Positions 24,844 through 35,317 of a stretch of DNA of 45,003 nucleotides are shown here, one piece after another. Origin of the DNA: Terriglobia bacterium (GTDB lineage Bacteria > Acidobacteriota > Terriglobia > Bryobacterales > Bryobacteraceae); the NCBI GenBank assembly GCA_040003745.1, contig JBDUBZ010000001.1, forward strand, positions 1 through 45,003, given 5' to 3'. The position numbers were made by a program, and so were the translations under genes. Each line of letters begins with the position of its first letter. The first letter of the stretch is position 1. A model generated the notes under the pieces. That model did no database searches and was not told the DNA's origin. It saw only the letters and a program-made list of their open reading frames with translations.

Positions 24844-26201
24844 GCGGCTTGCGTTTCGACGCGCTGCCCGAACTCGCGCAGGGCGTGATCCGGCAGGCAC
24901 TGGCGGCGGGTGCGAGTGACGCGGAGTGCACCATTTCCGAGGGCACCGAATTTTCCGCCAGCGTGCGCATGGGCGAAGTGGAAACGCTGAAAGAGGCGGG
25001 GTCGCGCGGCGCCGGTCTGCGCGTGCTCATCGGCCGCCGCATGGGAGCTTCCTATACCTCCGACCTCAGCGCGGAAGGCATTCGGCATATGGTGAATTCG
25101 GCCATCGACCTGGCTTCAGTGACCACTGAAGATCCTCATGCGTCGCTGCCCGATGTGGATGAGCTCGGTTCCATCGACGCCGATCTGCGGCTTTTTTCCG
25201 AAGACGTCGCCGGTCTCGATACCGAGAAGAAAATCGATGCCGCGCGCCGCGCCGAAGCCGCGGCTCTGGCCTATGACCCGCTCATCGCGAATTCCGAAGG
25301 GGGCTCATTCGACTCCCATATCGGCGGGCGCGCCTTTGCGAATTCACGCGGTTTCACCGGCGCGTACCGGGGCACGTACTGTTCCGTTTCCGCCGTCCCG
25401 GTCGCCGTGAGAGACGGCGCGATGGAGCGGGATTACTGGTCGACGCTCGCGCGCGATTTCGCGGGCCTCGAAAACTTCGAAGAAGTAGGCCGGATTGCGG
25501 CCCGGCGCGCCCTGCGCCGTCTGGGCGCCGTCAAAGTAGAGACGCAGCGCGTGCCCATCATCTTCGAACCGCGCGTGGCCCGCACCCTGCTCGGCAATCT
25601 GTTCGAGGCCGTCGAGGGCCGTTCCATCTATCGTCAGGCGTCGTTCTTAGCGGGCAGGCTGGGCGAGAAGATTGCCGACGAGCGCATCACGTTAATCGAC
25701 GATGGCACGATTCCGCGCCTGTTTGGTTCCCAGCCCTTTGACGATGAAGGCGTGCCTACGCGCCGCACGCCGGTGATTGAGCGTGGCGTGCTGAAGAACT
25801 ACCTGCTGAATACCTACACGGCGCGCAAACTGGGCATGAAAACGACCGGCAATGCGTCCCGGGGCATCACCGGCAACGCGGGTATCGGGCACGGCAATTT
25901 CTTTCTCGAAAAGGGGAGCAAGTCTCCCGAAGAGATCCTGCGCAGTGTGAAGAACGGTCTTTTTGTGACGGAACTGATTGGCGACGGAGTCAATACCGTC
26001 ACAGGCGATTATTCGCGCGGAGCCGTTGGCATGTGGATACGCGATGGGGAACTGGCCTTCCCGGTTTCGGAGATCACCATCGCCTCCACATTGCAGCAGA
26101 TGCTGAACGGTATTGCGGAGATTGGCAGCGACCTGGAGTTCCGCGGGTCCGTCAGCGCCCCGACCATCATGATCGGAGAGATGACCGTTGCAGGACGTTA
26201 A
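24840..26201 (+). CDS. pmbA: TldD/PmbA-family protein (PmbA/TldE partner)
   Basis: 453 aa with family similarity but no HExxxH. The TTG start overlaps the tldD stop (TTGA, 24840-24843). Confidence 0.8.
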   Translation: MSGLRFDALPELAQGVIRQALAAGASDAECTISEGTEFSASVRMGEVETLKEAGSRGAGLRVLIGRRMGASYTSDLSAEGIRHMVNSAIDLASVTTEDPHASLPDVDELGSIDADLRLFSEDVAGLDTEKKIDAARRAEAAALAYDPLIANSEGGSFDSHIGGRAFANSRGFTGAYRGTYCSVSAVPVAVRDGAMERDYWSTLARDFAGLENFEEVGRIAARRALRRLGAVKVETQRVPIIFEPRVARTLLGNLFEAVEGRSIYRQASFLAGRLGEKIADERITLIDDGTIPRLFGSQPFDDEGVPTRRTPVIERGVLKNYLLNTYTARKLGMKTTGNASRGITGNAGIGHGNFFLEKGSKSPEEILRSVKNGLFVTELIGDGVNTVTGDYSRGAVGMWIRDGELAFPVSEITIASTLQQMLNGIAEIGSDLEFRGSVSAPTIMIGEMTVAGR

Positions 26202-26643
26202 AATCTCGCCCGCGAGTATTGTTATCGGGCTCGCCGGAGTTCTCATTCTCGGAGTCTTCGGCTGGCTGACATTCGGCTACAAGCCGGCTCCCCCGGTGCC
26301 GCCCGTGCTCACCGAAGAAGCGAAGCAATACCGCACGAGCCTTGGGTTGACCAATGTACACATGCAGGCGGCCGAGAGCTACGTGCAGTCGAGGCTGGTC
26401 GAGATTCTGGGCGATATCACGAACAAAGGAAACCGGCGGGTGAAGGCCATTCAGGTGACCTGCTTATTCACCGACTATTCAGGCCACGAAATCGCCCGGG
26501 AAAGAGTCTATGTGTTCGGCCCCTCGACGGGCACGCTCGAGCCGGGTCAGACGAAGACCTTTCGCATGGCTTTCGACACCATCCCGGAGAGCTGGAACCA
26601 GGCGCTCCCCACGCTCATTGTGGCGCAGATTCAATTCGAGTAG
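26188..26643 (+). CDS. Single-pass membrane protein with C-terminal beta-sandwich-like domain (hypothetical)
   Basis: 151 aa. TM segment IVIGLAGVLILGVFGWLTF. The TTG start overlaps the pmbA 3' end by 14 nt. The C-terminal pattern (ITNKGNRRVKAIQVTCLFTD...) resembles DUF3426-like domains; this is not verified. Confidence 0.5.
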   Translation: MQDVKISPASIVIGLAGVLILGVFGWLTFGYKPAPPVPPVLTEEAKQYRTSLGLTNVHMQAAESYVQSRLVEILGDITNKGNRRVKAIQVTCLFTDYSGHEIARERVYVFGPSTGTLEPGQTKTFRMAFDTIPESWNQALPTLIVAQIQFE

Positions 26644-26855
26644 CCTTGCTTCCGGGGCGAAATCCTCAATAGTAATCCGCGCAGCTCAGATAATATCCGC
26701 ACTGGACGCAGAACAGCTTGCACTTACGGCTTTCCAGTTTCATGGAACAAACCGGGCAATAGAGCATGGGATCGGCGGACGATGGTTCGGGATTGGGAAC
26801 TGCCGAAGACGCTTGCGGCGGAGTCACGTATCATTATAGGCATCGGGAATTGCGA

Positions 26856-28688
26856 ATGAAAATCAGATCCCTTGTCCTTCTCCTGGCAGCGGTCCTCGCC
26901 TTCGCCCAGAAAGCGCAACAGCCCGAGCGGCTGGTCCAGTATCCGATCAGGGGTACTCACGGCTCCGTCGCTGCCGGCAGCCCCTACGCTACTGAAGCGG
27001 GCATGCGCATGTACTACACGGGCGGCAACGCCGTCGACGCGGGTGTTGCGACGATTTTCGCCGCCGCCACCACGGAATATGAGCGCGTGGGATGGGGCGG
27101 GGAAGCGCCGCTGCTGATCCGCACTAAAGACGGCCGCGTGCATTCGATCGCCGGCGTCGGGACTATGCCGATGCTTGCGAGCGCCGACCTCTTCCGCAAG
27201 CGCCCGCTGCAGCTCGGCGAGATTCTCGAAGAGCCCGAGAAGAACGGTCTCAAAGGCATGATTCCAGTCGCGGGGCTCATGTGCGCGCTGGTGCCCGGTA
27301 TGCCCGATGCGGCGCTGGTCGCCCTGCGCGAATACGGCACGAAATCGTTCAACGATGTGATCGCTCCCGCCATTGAATACGCCGATGGCCAGGCAATTGA
27401 CGAGATCCGTTCTGGCGCCATCGACGCCAGCCGCGAGTTCTTCACGCTCTGGCCGAGTTCCATGGAACACTTCGTTCCGGATGGTCATGTCGCGCGGCCT
27501 GGCGAAATTTTCCGCCAGCCCGATCTGGCCCGCACTCTTCGCGCCATGGCCGCCGCGGAGAAGAAAGCCCTCGCATCCGGCGCCACGCGGCAAGCCGCTA
27601 TCGACGCCGTTCGGGACTACTTCTATCGCGGAGAAATCGCCCGCAAGATCGATGCCTTCAGCAAGGCGAATAAAGGCCTGCTTCGTTACGAGGATATGGC
27701 CGCGTTCCATCTTGCACCCGAAGAGGCGCTCTCTACCGAGTTCCACGGTCTGCGTATTTACAAGCCCGGCTTCTGGAGTCAGGGACCGGCCATGATCGAG
27801 ACGCTCAATATGCTGAGCGGCATCGATTTCAGCGGCATGAAGTACAACTCGGGCGATTACATCAATACTGTAGTCGAGGCGCTCAAGCTGGCCTACGCGG
27901 ATCGCGACACCTACTATGGCGACCCGAAGTTCGTCACCGTTCCCGAAGAGACGCTGCTTTCCATGAAGTATGCCGCCGAGCGCCGCGCGCTCATCGGTAA
28001 GAACGCCTCCCTTGAATTTCTGCCGGGCAAAATCGGCGACCATCCGCCCCTGCATCCATCGCAATCCCGGATCGCGCGCACGAAGATTAACGATTTTCTG
28101 ATGGCGCACGATACCACCTGCGTGGACGCGATCGACAAAGACGGCGTGATGTTTTCGGCCACGCCATCGGGGGCATGGCTGCCCTCTGTGGTCGCGGGAG
28201 ATACCGGCATCCCTCTCACGGAACGCGCCCAGAGCTTTCTGCTGGTGCCGGGTCATCCGAACGAGCTCGCGGGCGGTAAGCGTCCGCGCGTGACCCTGAG
28301 CCCCACGCTGGTTACGCGCTCCGACGGCTCTCCTTATGCCGTGCTCTCCACGCCCGGCGGCGATAACCAGGAGCAGTCCTTGATTCAGGTGCTTCTCAAT
28401 GTCGTATTCTTCCGCATGAATTCCGAACAGGCCATCGAATCGCCGCGGTTCCAGACGCGTCACCTTGTCTCGAGCTTTGATAATCACGCGATGAACCTGG
28501 GCGATCTGCTCCTCGACGAGCGGATTTCTGGCGCCGTGGCTCAGGATCTCGCCGCGCGGGGACATAAAGTCGAAATACGGTCGCGCTGGAACAGCGGAGC
28601 CGCGCCGGTACTGATTCGTGTGACCCCCGGCGGAGTCATCGAAGCCGGGGCTGACCCGTGGGGCTACCGGTCCATGCGGGCCTGGTAA
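26856..28688 (+). CDS. Gamma-glutamyltransferase family protein (Ntn hydrolase), secreted
   Basis: Start at ATG 26856 (MKIRSLVLLLAAVLAFAQ). The autoprocessing/catalytic Thr context is HDTTCVDAIDKDG, and there is a PGGDNQ motif. The 613 aa antisense ORF is a GC shadow. Confidence 0.8.
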   Translation: MKIRSLVLLLAAVLAFAQKAQQPERLVQYPIRGTHGSVAAGSPYATEAGMRMYYTGGNAVDAGVATIFAAATTEYERVGWGGEAPLLIRTKDGRVHSIAGVGTMPMLASADLFRKRPLQLGEILEEPEKNGLKGMIPVAGLMCALVPGMPDAALVALREYGTKSFNDVIAPAIEYADGQAIDEIRSGAIDASREFFTLWPSSMEHFVPDGHVARPGEIFRQPDLARTLRAMAAAEKKALASGATRQAAIDAVRDYFYRGEIARKIDAFSKANKGLLRYEDMAAFHLAPEEALSTEFHGLRIYKPGFWSQGPAMIETLNMLSGIDFSGMKYNSGDYINTVVEALKLAYADRDTYYGDPKFVTVPEETLLSMKYAAERRALIGKNASLEFLPGKIGDHPPLHPSQSRIARTKINDFLMAHDTTCVDAIDKDGVMFSATPSGAWLPSVVAGDTGIPLTERAQSFLLVPGHPNELAGGKRPRVTLSPTLVTRSDGSPYAVLSTPGGDNQEQSLIQVLLNVVFFRMNSEQAIESPRFQTRHLVSSFDNHAMNLGDLLLDERISGAVAQDLAARGHKVEIRSRWNSGAAPVLIRVTPGGVIEAGADPWGYRSMRAW

Positions 28689-28707
28689 AAAGCCCCGCCT
28701 GATTCAC

Positions 28708-28754
28708 GTGATTTCCCCAGATTGGTAGTTTTCCCAGGACAGGTGATTTCCCCA
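28708..28754 (+). promoter_or_regulatory. Direct repeats GTGATTTCCCCA x2 flanking a related TTTTCCCA, immediately upstream of the DUF72 gene
   Basis: Identical 12-mers at 28708-28719 and 28743-28754. The second ends 2 nt before the GTG start at 28757. Confidence 0.4.
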
Positions 28755-28756
28755 AG

Positions 28757-29710
28757 GTGGATACCCTCTTCGATCTGGATCCGCCACGCCGGTTTGATTC
28801 CGAACGTCTTCGCGAGCGCCTTCTCGCGCTCTCGAACCGGGGCATCTACATCGGAGGCAGCTCCTGGAAATACCCCGGCTGGCTCGATCAGATCTATTCG
28901 CGATCTCGATATCAGGTCCGCGGGAAGTTCTCAAAGAAGCTTTTTGAAGACACGTGCCTGAGCGAATACGCCACGGTTTTCCCGGCCGTCTGCGGCGATT
29001 TCGCCTTCTATCAATTTCCTTCCGAAGCGATGTGGGCCAGGCTGTTCCGGCAGACGCCCGACCACTTCCGGTTCGGCTTCAAAGTGCCCGAGCAGATTAC
29101 CGTCCCGTGCTGGCCGGTGCATCCGCGTTACGGCGCGCTCGCGGGTCTCGACAATCCCACGTTCCTCGATTACCCGCTCTTTGAACAGGCGTTCCTGCGC
29201 GTGCTCGAGCCGTGGCGCAGGCAGGTCGGCGTGCTGATCTTCGAGTTTGGAACCATGCGCGGAAACATCGATCCGATCCCCACGCTCGATACCTTTCTGT
29301 CGCGTGTGCCGGGGGGTTGGCGCTGCGCGGTTGAGATCAGGAACGCCGAGTTTCTGGGACCGCGTTACTTCGACTGCCTGCGCGCCCACAATGTGTCGCA
29401 CGTCTTCAATTCCTGGACCCGCATGCCGGAGCCCGCCGAACAAATCGCGATGCGGGGATCCATGACATCCGATCTCATCGTGGCCCGCGCGCTGCTGCGG
29501 CGCGGACGCCCTTACGAAGAGGCGGTGCGCCTGTTCTCCCCCTATGACCGCGTCCAGGAAGTGAATCAGCCGGTGCGTTCGGCCATGCGTGAGCTGATCG
29601 ATATCGCGATGGTCAATGGCCAGCCCGCCATTATCTTTGTCAACAACCGCCTCGAAGGGAACTCGCCCGGTACGATCGTCGCGATCACCGATCCGGAGCA
29701 GATCATCTAA
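28757..29710 (+). CDS. DUF72 (UPF0759) family protein
   Basis: The GSSWKYPGWLDQIY motif and overall pattern are typical of DUF72. GTG start. Confidence 0.7.
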   Translation: MDTLFDLDPPRRFDSERLRERLLALSNRGIYIGGSSWKYPGWLDQIYSRSRYQVRGKFSKKLFEDTCLSEYATVFPAVCGDFAFYQFPSEAMWARLFRQTPDHFRFGFKVPEQITVPCWPVHPRYGALAGLDNPTFLDYPLFEQAFLRVLEPWRRQVGVLIFEFGTMRGNIDPIPTLDTFLSRVPGGWRCAVEIRNAEFLGPRYFDCLRAHNVSHVFNSWTRMPEPAEQIAMRGSMTSDLIVARALLRRGRPYEEAVRLFSPYDRVQEVNQPVRSAMRELIDIAMVNGQPAIIFVNNRLEGNSPGTIVAITDPEQII

Positions 29711-29803
29711 ATATCAGACTGATCCTCCCAGTTGATTTGAATGCAATAGTCGCGTCCTCCACAGCTGGATTTCAACGTCTGCCGGCGAGCCGGGACATGT
29801 GCT

Positions 29804-30436
29804 TTACTTCATCGGGCGGATCATAAGACTCTTCTGCTTACAACCCGGCAGTGAATTCGAACATTGCTGAAGGATCCCCAGCGTCTTGCTGAAACACGCC
29901 CTGATCTCAACCAGCTCGCCCGACTGGCAATCCACCCGGAAGGCACTCGGCGGAGCCCTGTTCGCACTCGCAAAAGCGCTCGCAATTTGCGCCGCGCTCA
30001 TGGTAAGAGCCGTTGGCACTCTGGTAAACACAGCTGGTATCTGAACCATCTTACGGTCCTTCGCAACCAAAGCGAAATAGTCTGCCGGCTTGAGGTTGCT
30101 GCACGATCCATGACAGGTCCACTCGTGCTGAATCAGCGACAAACCGAACATCAAGCCCATGACCGGGGTTGAATCGCCCGCTCTAACCGATCCCGGCGTG
30201 CCGCACAGCTCAGGCGAACGGCCCGTGGAATTTTGCGGCCACAAGCCATGCACTACAAACCCGAGCTCCGCACGGTCTCTGCACTCATCCCGACTGGCCG
30301 CATGCTGTGCGCAAAACGCCGGCTTCCACGATAACGACAACAGGTAGTAATCGAAACTGCCGGGCGCGTCCCCCGTCGTCTGGCAGGTCTGTGCCATCCC
30401 CGAGGCGCAGATCAGAAAAATCGCCGTTAACCGCAT
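29804..30436 (-). CDS. Ribonuclease T2 family protein, secreted
   Basis: Signal peptide. CAS I motif FVVHGLWPQ and CAS II motif IQHEWTCHGSC. Confidence 0.8.
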   Translation of the reverse strand: MRLTAIFLICASGMAQTCQTTGDAPGSFDYYLLSLSWKPAFCAQHAASRDECRDRAELGFVVHGLWPQNSTGRSPELCGTPGSVRAGDSTPVMGLMFGLSLIQHEWTCHGSCSNLKPADYFALVAKDRKMVQIPAVFTRVPTALTMSAAQIASAFASANRAPPSAFRVDCQSGELVEIRACFSKTLGILQQCSNSLPGCKQKSLMIRPMK

Positions 30437-30553
30437 AGGCGCTCAATCGTATCAGATAACTGCTTTGTCAGGATTCCGGGGCCATCGTGCGCAATTCATT
30501 GCAATATAGCCCCGGGTCCGCGCGATTATAATGGCCGCAAAACGGTTGGCCGG

Positions 30554-31141
30554 TTAGTAGGTCTTTTCTGAGCCAGAGCCCGTATACCGCGTAGTTGTCG
30601 TGTCCACGCCATGGGTGCTCACGGCTTTTTCACCAGCCGAGGAAATGTCCTCGCCGCCCGCTGCTTTCAAGATATCCTCGGCGCGCTTAACCCAGTCCGA
30701 GTCGTCGCAATGGACGGAAACCAGAATACCGCCGTCTTTGACGCGGCCCTCGTATCTCTTGGCTTCATATTCGGGGATTCCCATGCCAACCAGCGCTCCG
30801 ATTAAACCGCCGGCCGCCGCACCAACTCCGAGTCCGGCGAGGGCTCCCATAATCGGGCCGGCCGCGATGAACGGTCCAAGGCCCGGAATCGCAAGTGCTC
30901 CAATTCCCGCCAGCAGGCCAAGCGTACCGCCAAGGGCTCCGCCAGCCGTTGCGCCGGTCGCGGTGCCTTCAGGGGCCTTGGTATTCTTCTCCGTTGCGAG
31001 TTCCCTCGTGGATTGTTGATCGGGCCCGAGGACCGATACGTCGTCACCCCGAAAATTTTTCGCAAGCAACATGTCAACGGCGTTTTCCGCCCGCTGATAA
31101 CTCGTAAAAATCCCGAATACTGCCGTATTTTTTCCAGCCAT
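30554..31141 (-). CDS. General-stress-protein-like (YflT/17M-like) protein with glycine-zipper membrane segment
   Basis: The N-terminal AVFGIF..AENAVDML pattern, a long Gly/Ala zipper and GIPEYEAKRYEGRVKDGGILVSVH are typical of YflT-like stress proteins. Confidence 0.55.
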   Translation of the reverse strand: MAGKNTAVFGIFTSYQRAENAVDMLLAKNFRGDDVSVLGPDQQSTRELATEKNTKAPEGTATGATAGGALGGTLGLLAGIGALAIPGLGPFIAAGPIMGALAGLGVGAAAGGLIGALVGMGIPEYEAKRYEGRVKDGGILVSVHCDDSDWVKRAEDILKAAGGEDISSAGEKAVSTHGVDTTTTRYTGSGSEKTY

Positions 31142-31162
31142 AAATTCTCCTTTTTCGATTTA

Positions 31163-31570
31163 CTACTTCTTCTTCGCGGGCTTGACCGTGAGCTCGTTTG
31201 TAACGTTCCCGGCCCCGGCCACTTCTGTCGCTTTGCTTTCAACCGCCTTACTTTCGTCGTCCGTGTGCACGGGTCCTTTCAGCGTGACCTTGCCATTTTG
31301 CGCGATCACTTTGACGTTGTGGGCATAAGTAGAAAGCGATTTATCCGCCACAATCGACTTGCGGATTTCCTTCATGATCTGAAGGTCGGACTTGTCGTTC
31401 TTAGCCTGATCCGCCGTCGGCTCTCCAGCCTTTCGGTCCCGCTTGTTTACGCCGGTGTTATCGGGTTGCCTGCCAGGAGCTTGCGAAAAAGCCGGAGCGG
31501 CGCAGAGCGCGCCCAGCAGTGTCGCAGAAACGAGAAATCTGTTCAGTCTGGTTACCATAATCCTCCGCAA
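31163..31570 (-). CDS. BON-domain (OsmY-like) periplasmic protein
   Basis: Signal peptide. BON pattern IRKSIVADKSLSTYAHNVKVIAQNGKVTLKGPVHTDDE...VAGAGNVTNELTV. An alternative start lies at Met5. Confidence 0.7.
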   Translation of the reverse strand: MRRIMVTRLNRFLVSATLLGALCAAPAFSQAPGRQPDNTGVNKRDRKAGEPTADQAKNDKSDLQIMKEIRKSIVADKSLSTYAHNVKVIAQNGKVTLKGPVHTDDESKAVESKATEVAGAGNVTNELTVKPAKKK

Positions 31571-31722
31571 GTGAGAAGCAAGATCGTTTCCATGGTTCTC
31601 ATAAGTACGAAGGCCGGGAATTTTTTTGAATTAAAATGTTGCCGGCCAGCCGCCATTCCGCGGTAGTAGCCCATCTGGCGTCGAACCCCCTGGTGAGAGA
31701 TGATTAAATTACAGGAGATCTA

Positions 31723-32727
31723 ATGGGACGCACTCTTCTTGAACAACTCCGTGAAATGACCGTCGTCGTTTCCGACACAGGCGATATCGAAGCCATTGAG
31801 CGCTTCCGGCCGCGCGATGCCACGACCAATCCATCCTTGATCACGGCTGCCGCTGAGATGCCAAAATATGCCGAAATCGTCGATGGCACCCTTATGCAGG
31901 CCCGTAAAGAACTGGGCGATTCAGCCGATCCCGGCAAAGTGGCATCCCTCGCCTTCGAGCGTCTCGCCGTGGCCTTCGGGAAACGGATTCTGAAAATTGT
32001 GCCGAAGCGTGTTTCGACCGAAGTCGACGCCCGTCTTTCTTACAAAACGGACGCCACAGTCGCCAAGGGCCGGGAAATTATTGCGCAGTATGAAGCCGAT
32101 GGAGTCCCTCGCGACCGCGTGCTGATCAAGATCGCATCTACGTGGGAAGGAATTCGCGCCGGCGAGATTCTCGAAAAAGAAGGGATCCACTGCAATCTGA
32201 CGCTGCTCTTCGGGCTTCATCAGGCGATCGCCTGCGCCGAGGCCGGCATCACGCTCATCTCTCCGTTTGTGGGCCGCATTCTCGACTGGTACAAAAAGGA
32301 CACGGGGCTGAATTACGCGCCCGCCGAAGATCCTGGTGTCATCTCCGTGGGCAGCGTCTACAACTATTACAAGAAGTTCGGCTACAAGACCGAGGTGATG
32401 GGCGCCAGCTTCCGCAATATTGGTGAAATAACCGAGCTTGCCGGCTGCGATCTGCTCACCATCTCTCCCGCGCTGCTCGCCGAGCTCGATTCCACTGAAG
32501 CGGATCTGCCCCGCAAGCTCGATCCCGAAAAGGCCAAAGGCATGGCGATTGAGCGGATTCCCATGGACAAAGCCACCTTCGACCGTATGCATGCCGAAAA
32601 CCGCATGGCGTCGGATAAGCTGACCGAGGGCATCGCTGGGTTCACGAAAGCGCTTGAGAATCTTGAGACCATACTCGCCCACCGGATAGCCGCTCTCGAT
32701 GAGCAGGCCCAGCCGGCGCTCGTCTGA
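31723..32727 (+). CDS. tal: Transaldolase
   Basis: Motifs [18 protein letters not shown] and catalytic-Lys context KIASTWEGI. 334 aa. Confidence 0.9.
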   Translation: MGRTLLEQLREMTVVVSDTGDIEAIERFRPRDATTNPSLITAAAEMPKYAEIVDGTLMQARKELGDSADPGKVASLAFERLAVAFGKRILKIVPKRVSTEVDARLSYKTDATVAKGREIIAQYEADGVPRDRVLIKIASTWEGIRAGEILEKEGIHCNLTLLFGLHQAIACAEAGITLISPFVGRILDWYKKDTGLNYAPAEDPGVISVGSVYNYYKKFGYKTEVMGASFRNIGEITELAGCDLLTISPALLAELDSTEADLPRKLDPEKAKGMAIERIPMDKATFDRMHAENRMASDKLTEGIAGFTKALENLETILAHRIAALDEQAQPALV

Positions 32728-33709
32728 GTCTGTGCATTCCGTACGGGACTGCACACCCACATTGGAACTGTGCCATGTGGTGCGGGATTTTCCCGGCCAC
32801 CGCGCCGTGGATAGAATTTCGCTGCAACTGGAGCCCGGCGGTTTTTATTCGCTGCTTGGTCCCTCGGGGTGCGGCAAGACGACAACCCTGCGGCTGATCG
32901 GTGGCTTCGAAACGCCGGATGCGGGCGAAATTCTGCTTAATGGAATTGGGGTCGGCAGTCTCAAACCGTGGCAGCGCAATGTCAGCACAGTCTTCCAGAA
33001 TTATGCTCTGTTTCCGCATCTGACGGCGCTTGGCAACATCGAGTTCGGCCTGCGCGAGCGGGGCGCCGCGAATTTCAGACAGGCCGCTAAAGACGCGCTC
33101 GCCCTGGTTCAGCTCAGCGACAAGGCATCGCGATATCCAGCTCAGCTCTCCGGCGGCGAGAAGCAGCGCGTGGCGCTGGCGCGCTCGATCGTGCTCCAGC
33201 CGCAGTTGCTGCTGCTTGACGAACCACTGGCTGCCCTGGACCCGAAACTGCGCGCCCAGATGCGCGGCGAACTCAAGGCCATGCAACGCCAGACGGGGAT
33301 AACCTTCCTTCTCGTAACTCACGATCAGGAAGAGGCCTTGTCGCTTTCGGATAAACTTGCCGTGATGAATCGCGGCCGAATAGAACAATTCGGAACTCCC
33401 GAAGACGTCTATCTTCGCCCGGCAACTCCGTTCGTCGCGGGTTTTATCGGGGATGTGAACTGGTTCGGAAGCGCGGGCGTGCGGCCGGAATCCATCAGAG
33501 TGACCACGGCGGCGGTTGCCGGGCCGAGAAGTTGCCCGGCGTCCGTCGAAAGCACTCTCTTTCTGGGCAACTGTACGCAGGTGCATGCGAAGTTCGCAAG
33601 CGGCGTACAGGTCGTGTCCCGCCTGACGCCGGCGTCGGCTGCGCGCTTTGCGCCGGGCGAGAATGTCTTTATTCAGTGGGACGAAGCCGATGAGCTGCAC
33701 TTCGAATGA
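32699..33709 (+). CDS. potA: Spermidine/putrescine-type ABC transporter ATP-binding protein
   Basis: Walker [10 protein letters not shown], signature LSGGEKQRV, Walker B LLLLDEP. ATG 32699 overlaps the tal 3' end. The alternative GTG 32732 lies just after the tal stop. Confidence 0.8.
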   Translation: MSRPSRRSSESVHSVRDCTPTLELCHVVRDFPGHRAVDRISLQLEPGGFYSLLGPSGCGKTTTLRLIGGFETPDAGEILLNGIGVGSLKPWQRNVSTVFQNYALFPHLTALGNIEFGLRERGAANFRQAAKDALALVQLSDKASRYPAQLSGGEKQRVALARSIVLQPQLLLLDEPLAALDPKLRAQMRGELKAMQRQTGITFLLVTHDQEEALSLSDKLAVMNRGRIEQFGTPEDVYLRPATPFVAGFIGDVNWFGSAGVRPESIRVTTAAVAGPRSCPASVESTLFLGNCTQVHAKFASGVQVVSRLTPASAARFAPGENVFIQWDEADELHFE

Positions 33710-34536
33710 ATTTGCGCAGATGGTTTCTGCTCCCCGCCCGCGTGTGGATGGCGCTATCTTTCGCGGCTCCGCTCGCCTTCGTCTGCGGCTACGCTTTTCT
33801 GACCCGGGGTGATTTTGGCGGCGTCGATCGGCCCTGGACACTGGAAAGCTTCGCCCGCCTGGCCGACCCGATTTACCTCGGCATCCTCTGGCGCTCCGTC
33901 TGGATCGCCGCCGCCGCGACCGCGTCCTGTGTGCTCCTCGGCTTCCCCCTTGCCCTCTTCATTGCCAGGGCGGGGAAGCGGCGCAACCTCTACCTGCAAC
34001 TGGTGCTGCTGCCCTTCTGGACCAGCTTTCTGGTTCGCACCTATGCCTGGCTGTTCATCCTTCGCGAGACGGGACTGGTGAACACAATTCTCATGGGGCT
34101 GCATGTCATCCATTCGCCTATCCAGCTCCTGTATAACGACGGGGCGGTGCTGCTCGGCCTGGTTTATAACTTCCTGCCATTCTTCGTGCTGCCGCTCTAC
34201 GCGACGCTCGAAAAGATGGATCCCTTACTGCTCGAAGCCGCCGCCGACCTGGGCGCGAAGCCGCGCCGGGTCTTATGGCGCGTGATCGTTCCGCTTTCCG
34301 CACCCGGCATCGCCGCGGGTTCGGTGCTGGTCTTCATCCCCTGCCTGGGAGCGTATCTGACGCCCGATCTGCTCGGTGGCGGTAAATCGATCATGCTGGG
34401 CAACCTGATTCAGAACCAGTTCACGACTTCCCGCGACTGGCCCTTCGGGTCTGCCGCTTCCATCGTGCTGATGCTGACCGGGGCGCTGCTGCTTTCCGCC
34501 CTGCTGCGCAGCCGCGCCGCGCGCGAGCTCTTGTGA
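33706..34536 (+). CDS. potB: ABC transporter permease (PotB-like)
   Basis: Six-TM pattern with an EAA-type loop (LLEAAADLGAKPRRVLWRVIVPL). ATGA overlap with potA. Confidence 0.8.
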   Translation: MNLRRWFLLPARVWMALSFAAPLAFVCGYAFLTRGDFGGVDRPWTLESFARLADPIYLGILWRSVWIAAAATASCVLLGFPLALFIARAGKRRNLYLQLVLLPFWTSFLVRTYAWLFILRETGLVNTILMGLHVIHSPIQLLYNDGAVLLGLVYNFLPFFVLPLYATLEKMDPLLLEAAADLGAKPRRVLWRVIVPLSAPGIAAGSVLVFIPCLGAYLTPDLLGGGKSIMLGNLIQNQFTTSRDWPFGSAASIVLMLTGALLLSALLRSRAARELL

Positions 34537-35294
34537 GAAGCCGCTGGCTTGCCGTGTATTCCGGGGCGCTGCTCGCGTTTCTGCATGCTCCGTTGCTGGT
34601 GTTGATCGTTTTCAGTTTCAACGCCAGCCGCTTCACCGTCTGGGAGGGGTTTTCCCTGCGCTGGTATGGGGCGGCCGTGAACGATCCGCAATTGAGCGAA
34701 TCGCTGGTCAACAGCCTCATCATCGCGGGTGTTTCTTCTGTGCTCGCAACCCTCATCGGGACGCTCGCCGCTTATGCCATCTGGAGGCGCGCCGCACCAG
34801 TCTTTTCAGGGTCGCTCTATCTTTCGCTGATCACGCCGGAAATCGTCAGTGGCGTTTCGTTGCTGGCGCTGTTCCAGTGGTTCTTCCGGTTCGCCCATCT
34901 CAAACTGGGCATGTATACAGTGGTCATCGCACACGTGGCGTTTTCCCTTGCCTATGTCGCGATCGTGATTTCCGCCCGCCTCAAAAGCTACGACCGATCG
35001 CTCGAAGAAGCCGCGCTCGACCTGGGCGCCACCGAATGGCGGGCTTTCCGCAAAGTTACGCTGCCGTTTCTCGCGCCCGCGGTGGCTGCGGCGTTCCTGC
35101 TGGCGCTGGTCGTCTCGTTCGACGACTACGTCATCACCAGCCTGGTCGCGGGCGTCGATTCCGAAACCCTGCCCATGGTCATCTATGCCATGGCGCGGCG
35201 CGGCGTCAGCCCCGTCGTAAACGCGGTGTCCTCACTCATCCTGATCGCCTTTGGAGGCATCATTCTGATTTCGCAAAGGTTGCAGAGGCAATGA
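34533..35294 (+). CDS. potC: ABC transporter permease (PotC-like)
   Basis: EAA-type loop (LEEAALDLGATEWRAFRKVTLPF). 4-nt overlap with potB. Confidence 0.8.
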   Translation: MRSRWLAVYSGALLAFLHAPLLVLIVFSFNASRFTVWEGFSLRWYGAAVNDPQLSESLVNSLIIAGVSSVLATLIGTLAAYAIWRRAAPVFSGSLYLSLITPEIVSGVSLLALFQWFFRFAHLKLGMYTVVIAHVAFSLAYVAIVISARLKSYDRSLEEAALDLGATEWRAFRKVTLPFLAPAVAAAFLLALVVSFDDYVITSLVAGVDSETLPMVIYAMARRGVSPVVNAVSSLILIAFGGIILISQRLQRQ

Positions 35295-35317
35295 CGGCAG
35301 CCAGGGAAATGAAATAA

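Noticed and set aside
26724-28565. 613 aa minus-strand ORF antisense to the GGT-family gene
   Set aside because: Its composition is Arg/Gly/Ala-rich nonsense with no recognisable motifs. It fully overlaps a plus-strand gene that has clear family motifs. This is a typical GC-rich shadow ORF.
32642-33841. 399 aa minus-strand ORF antisense to potA
   Set aside because: Arg-rich with no motifs. It overlaps an ABC ATPase gene that has Walker A, Walker B and signature motifs on the plus strand.
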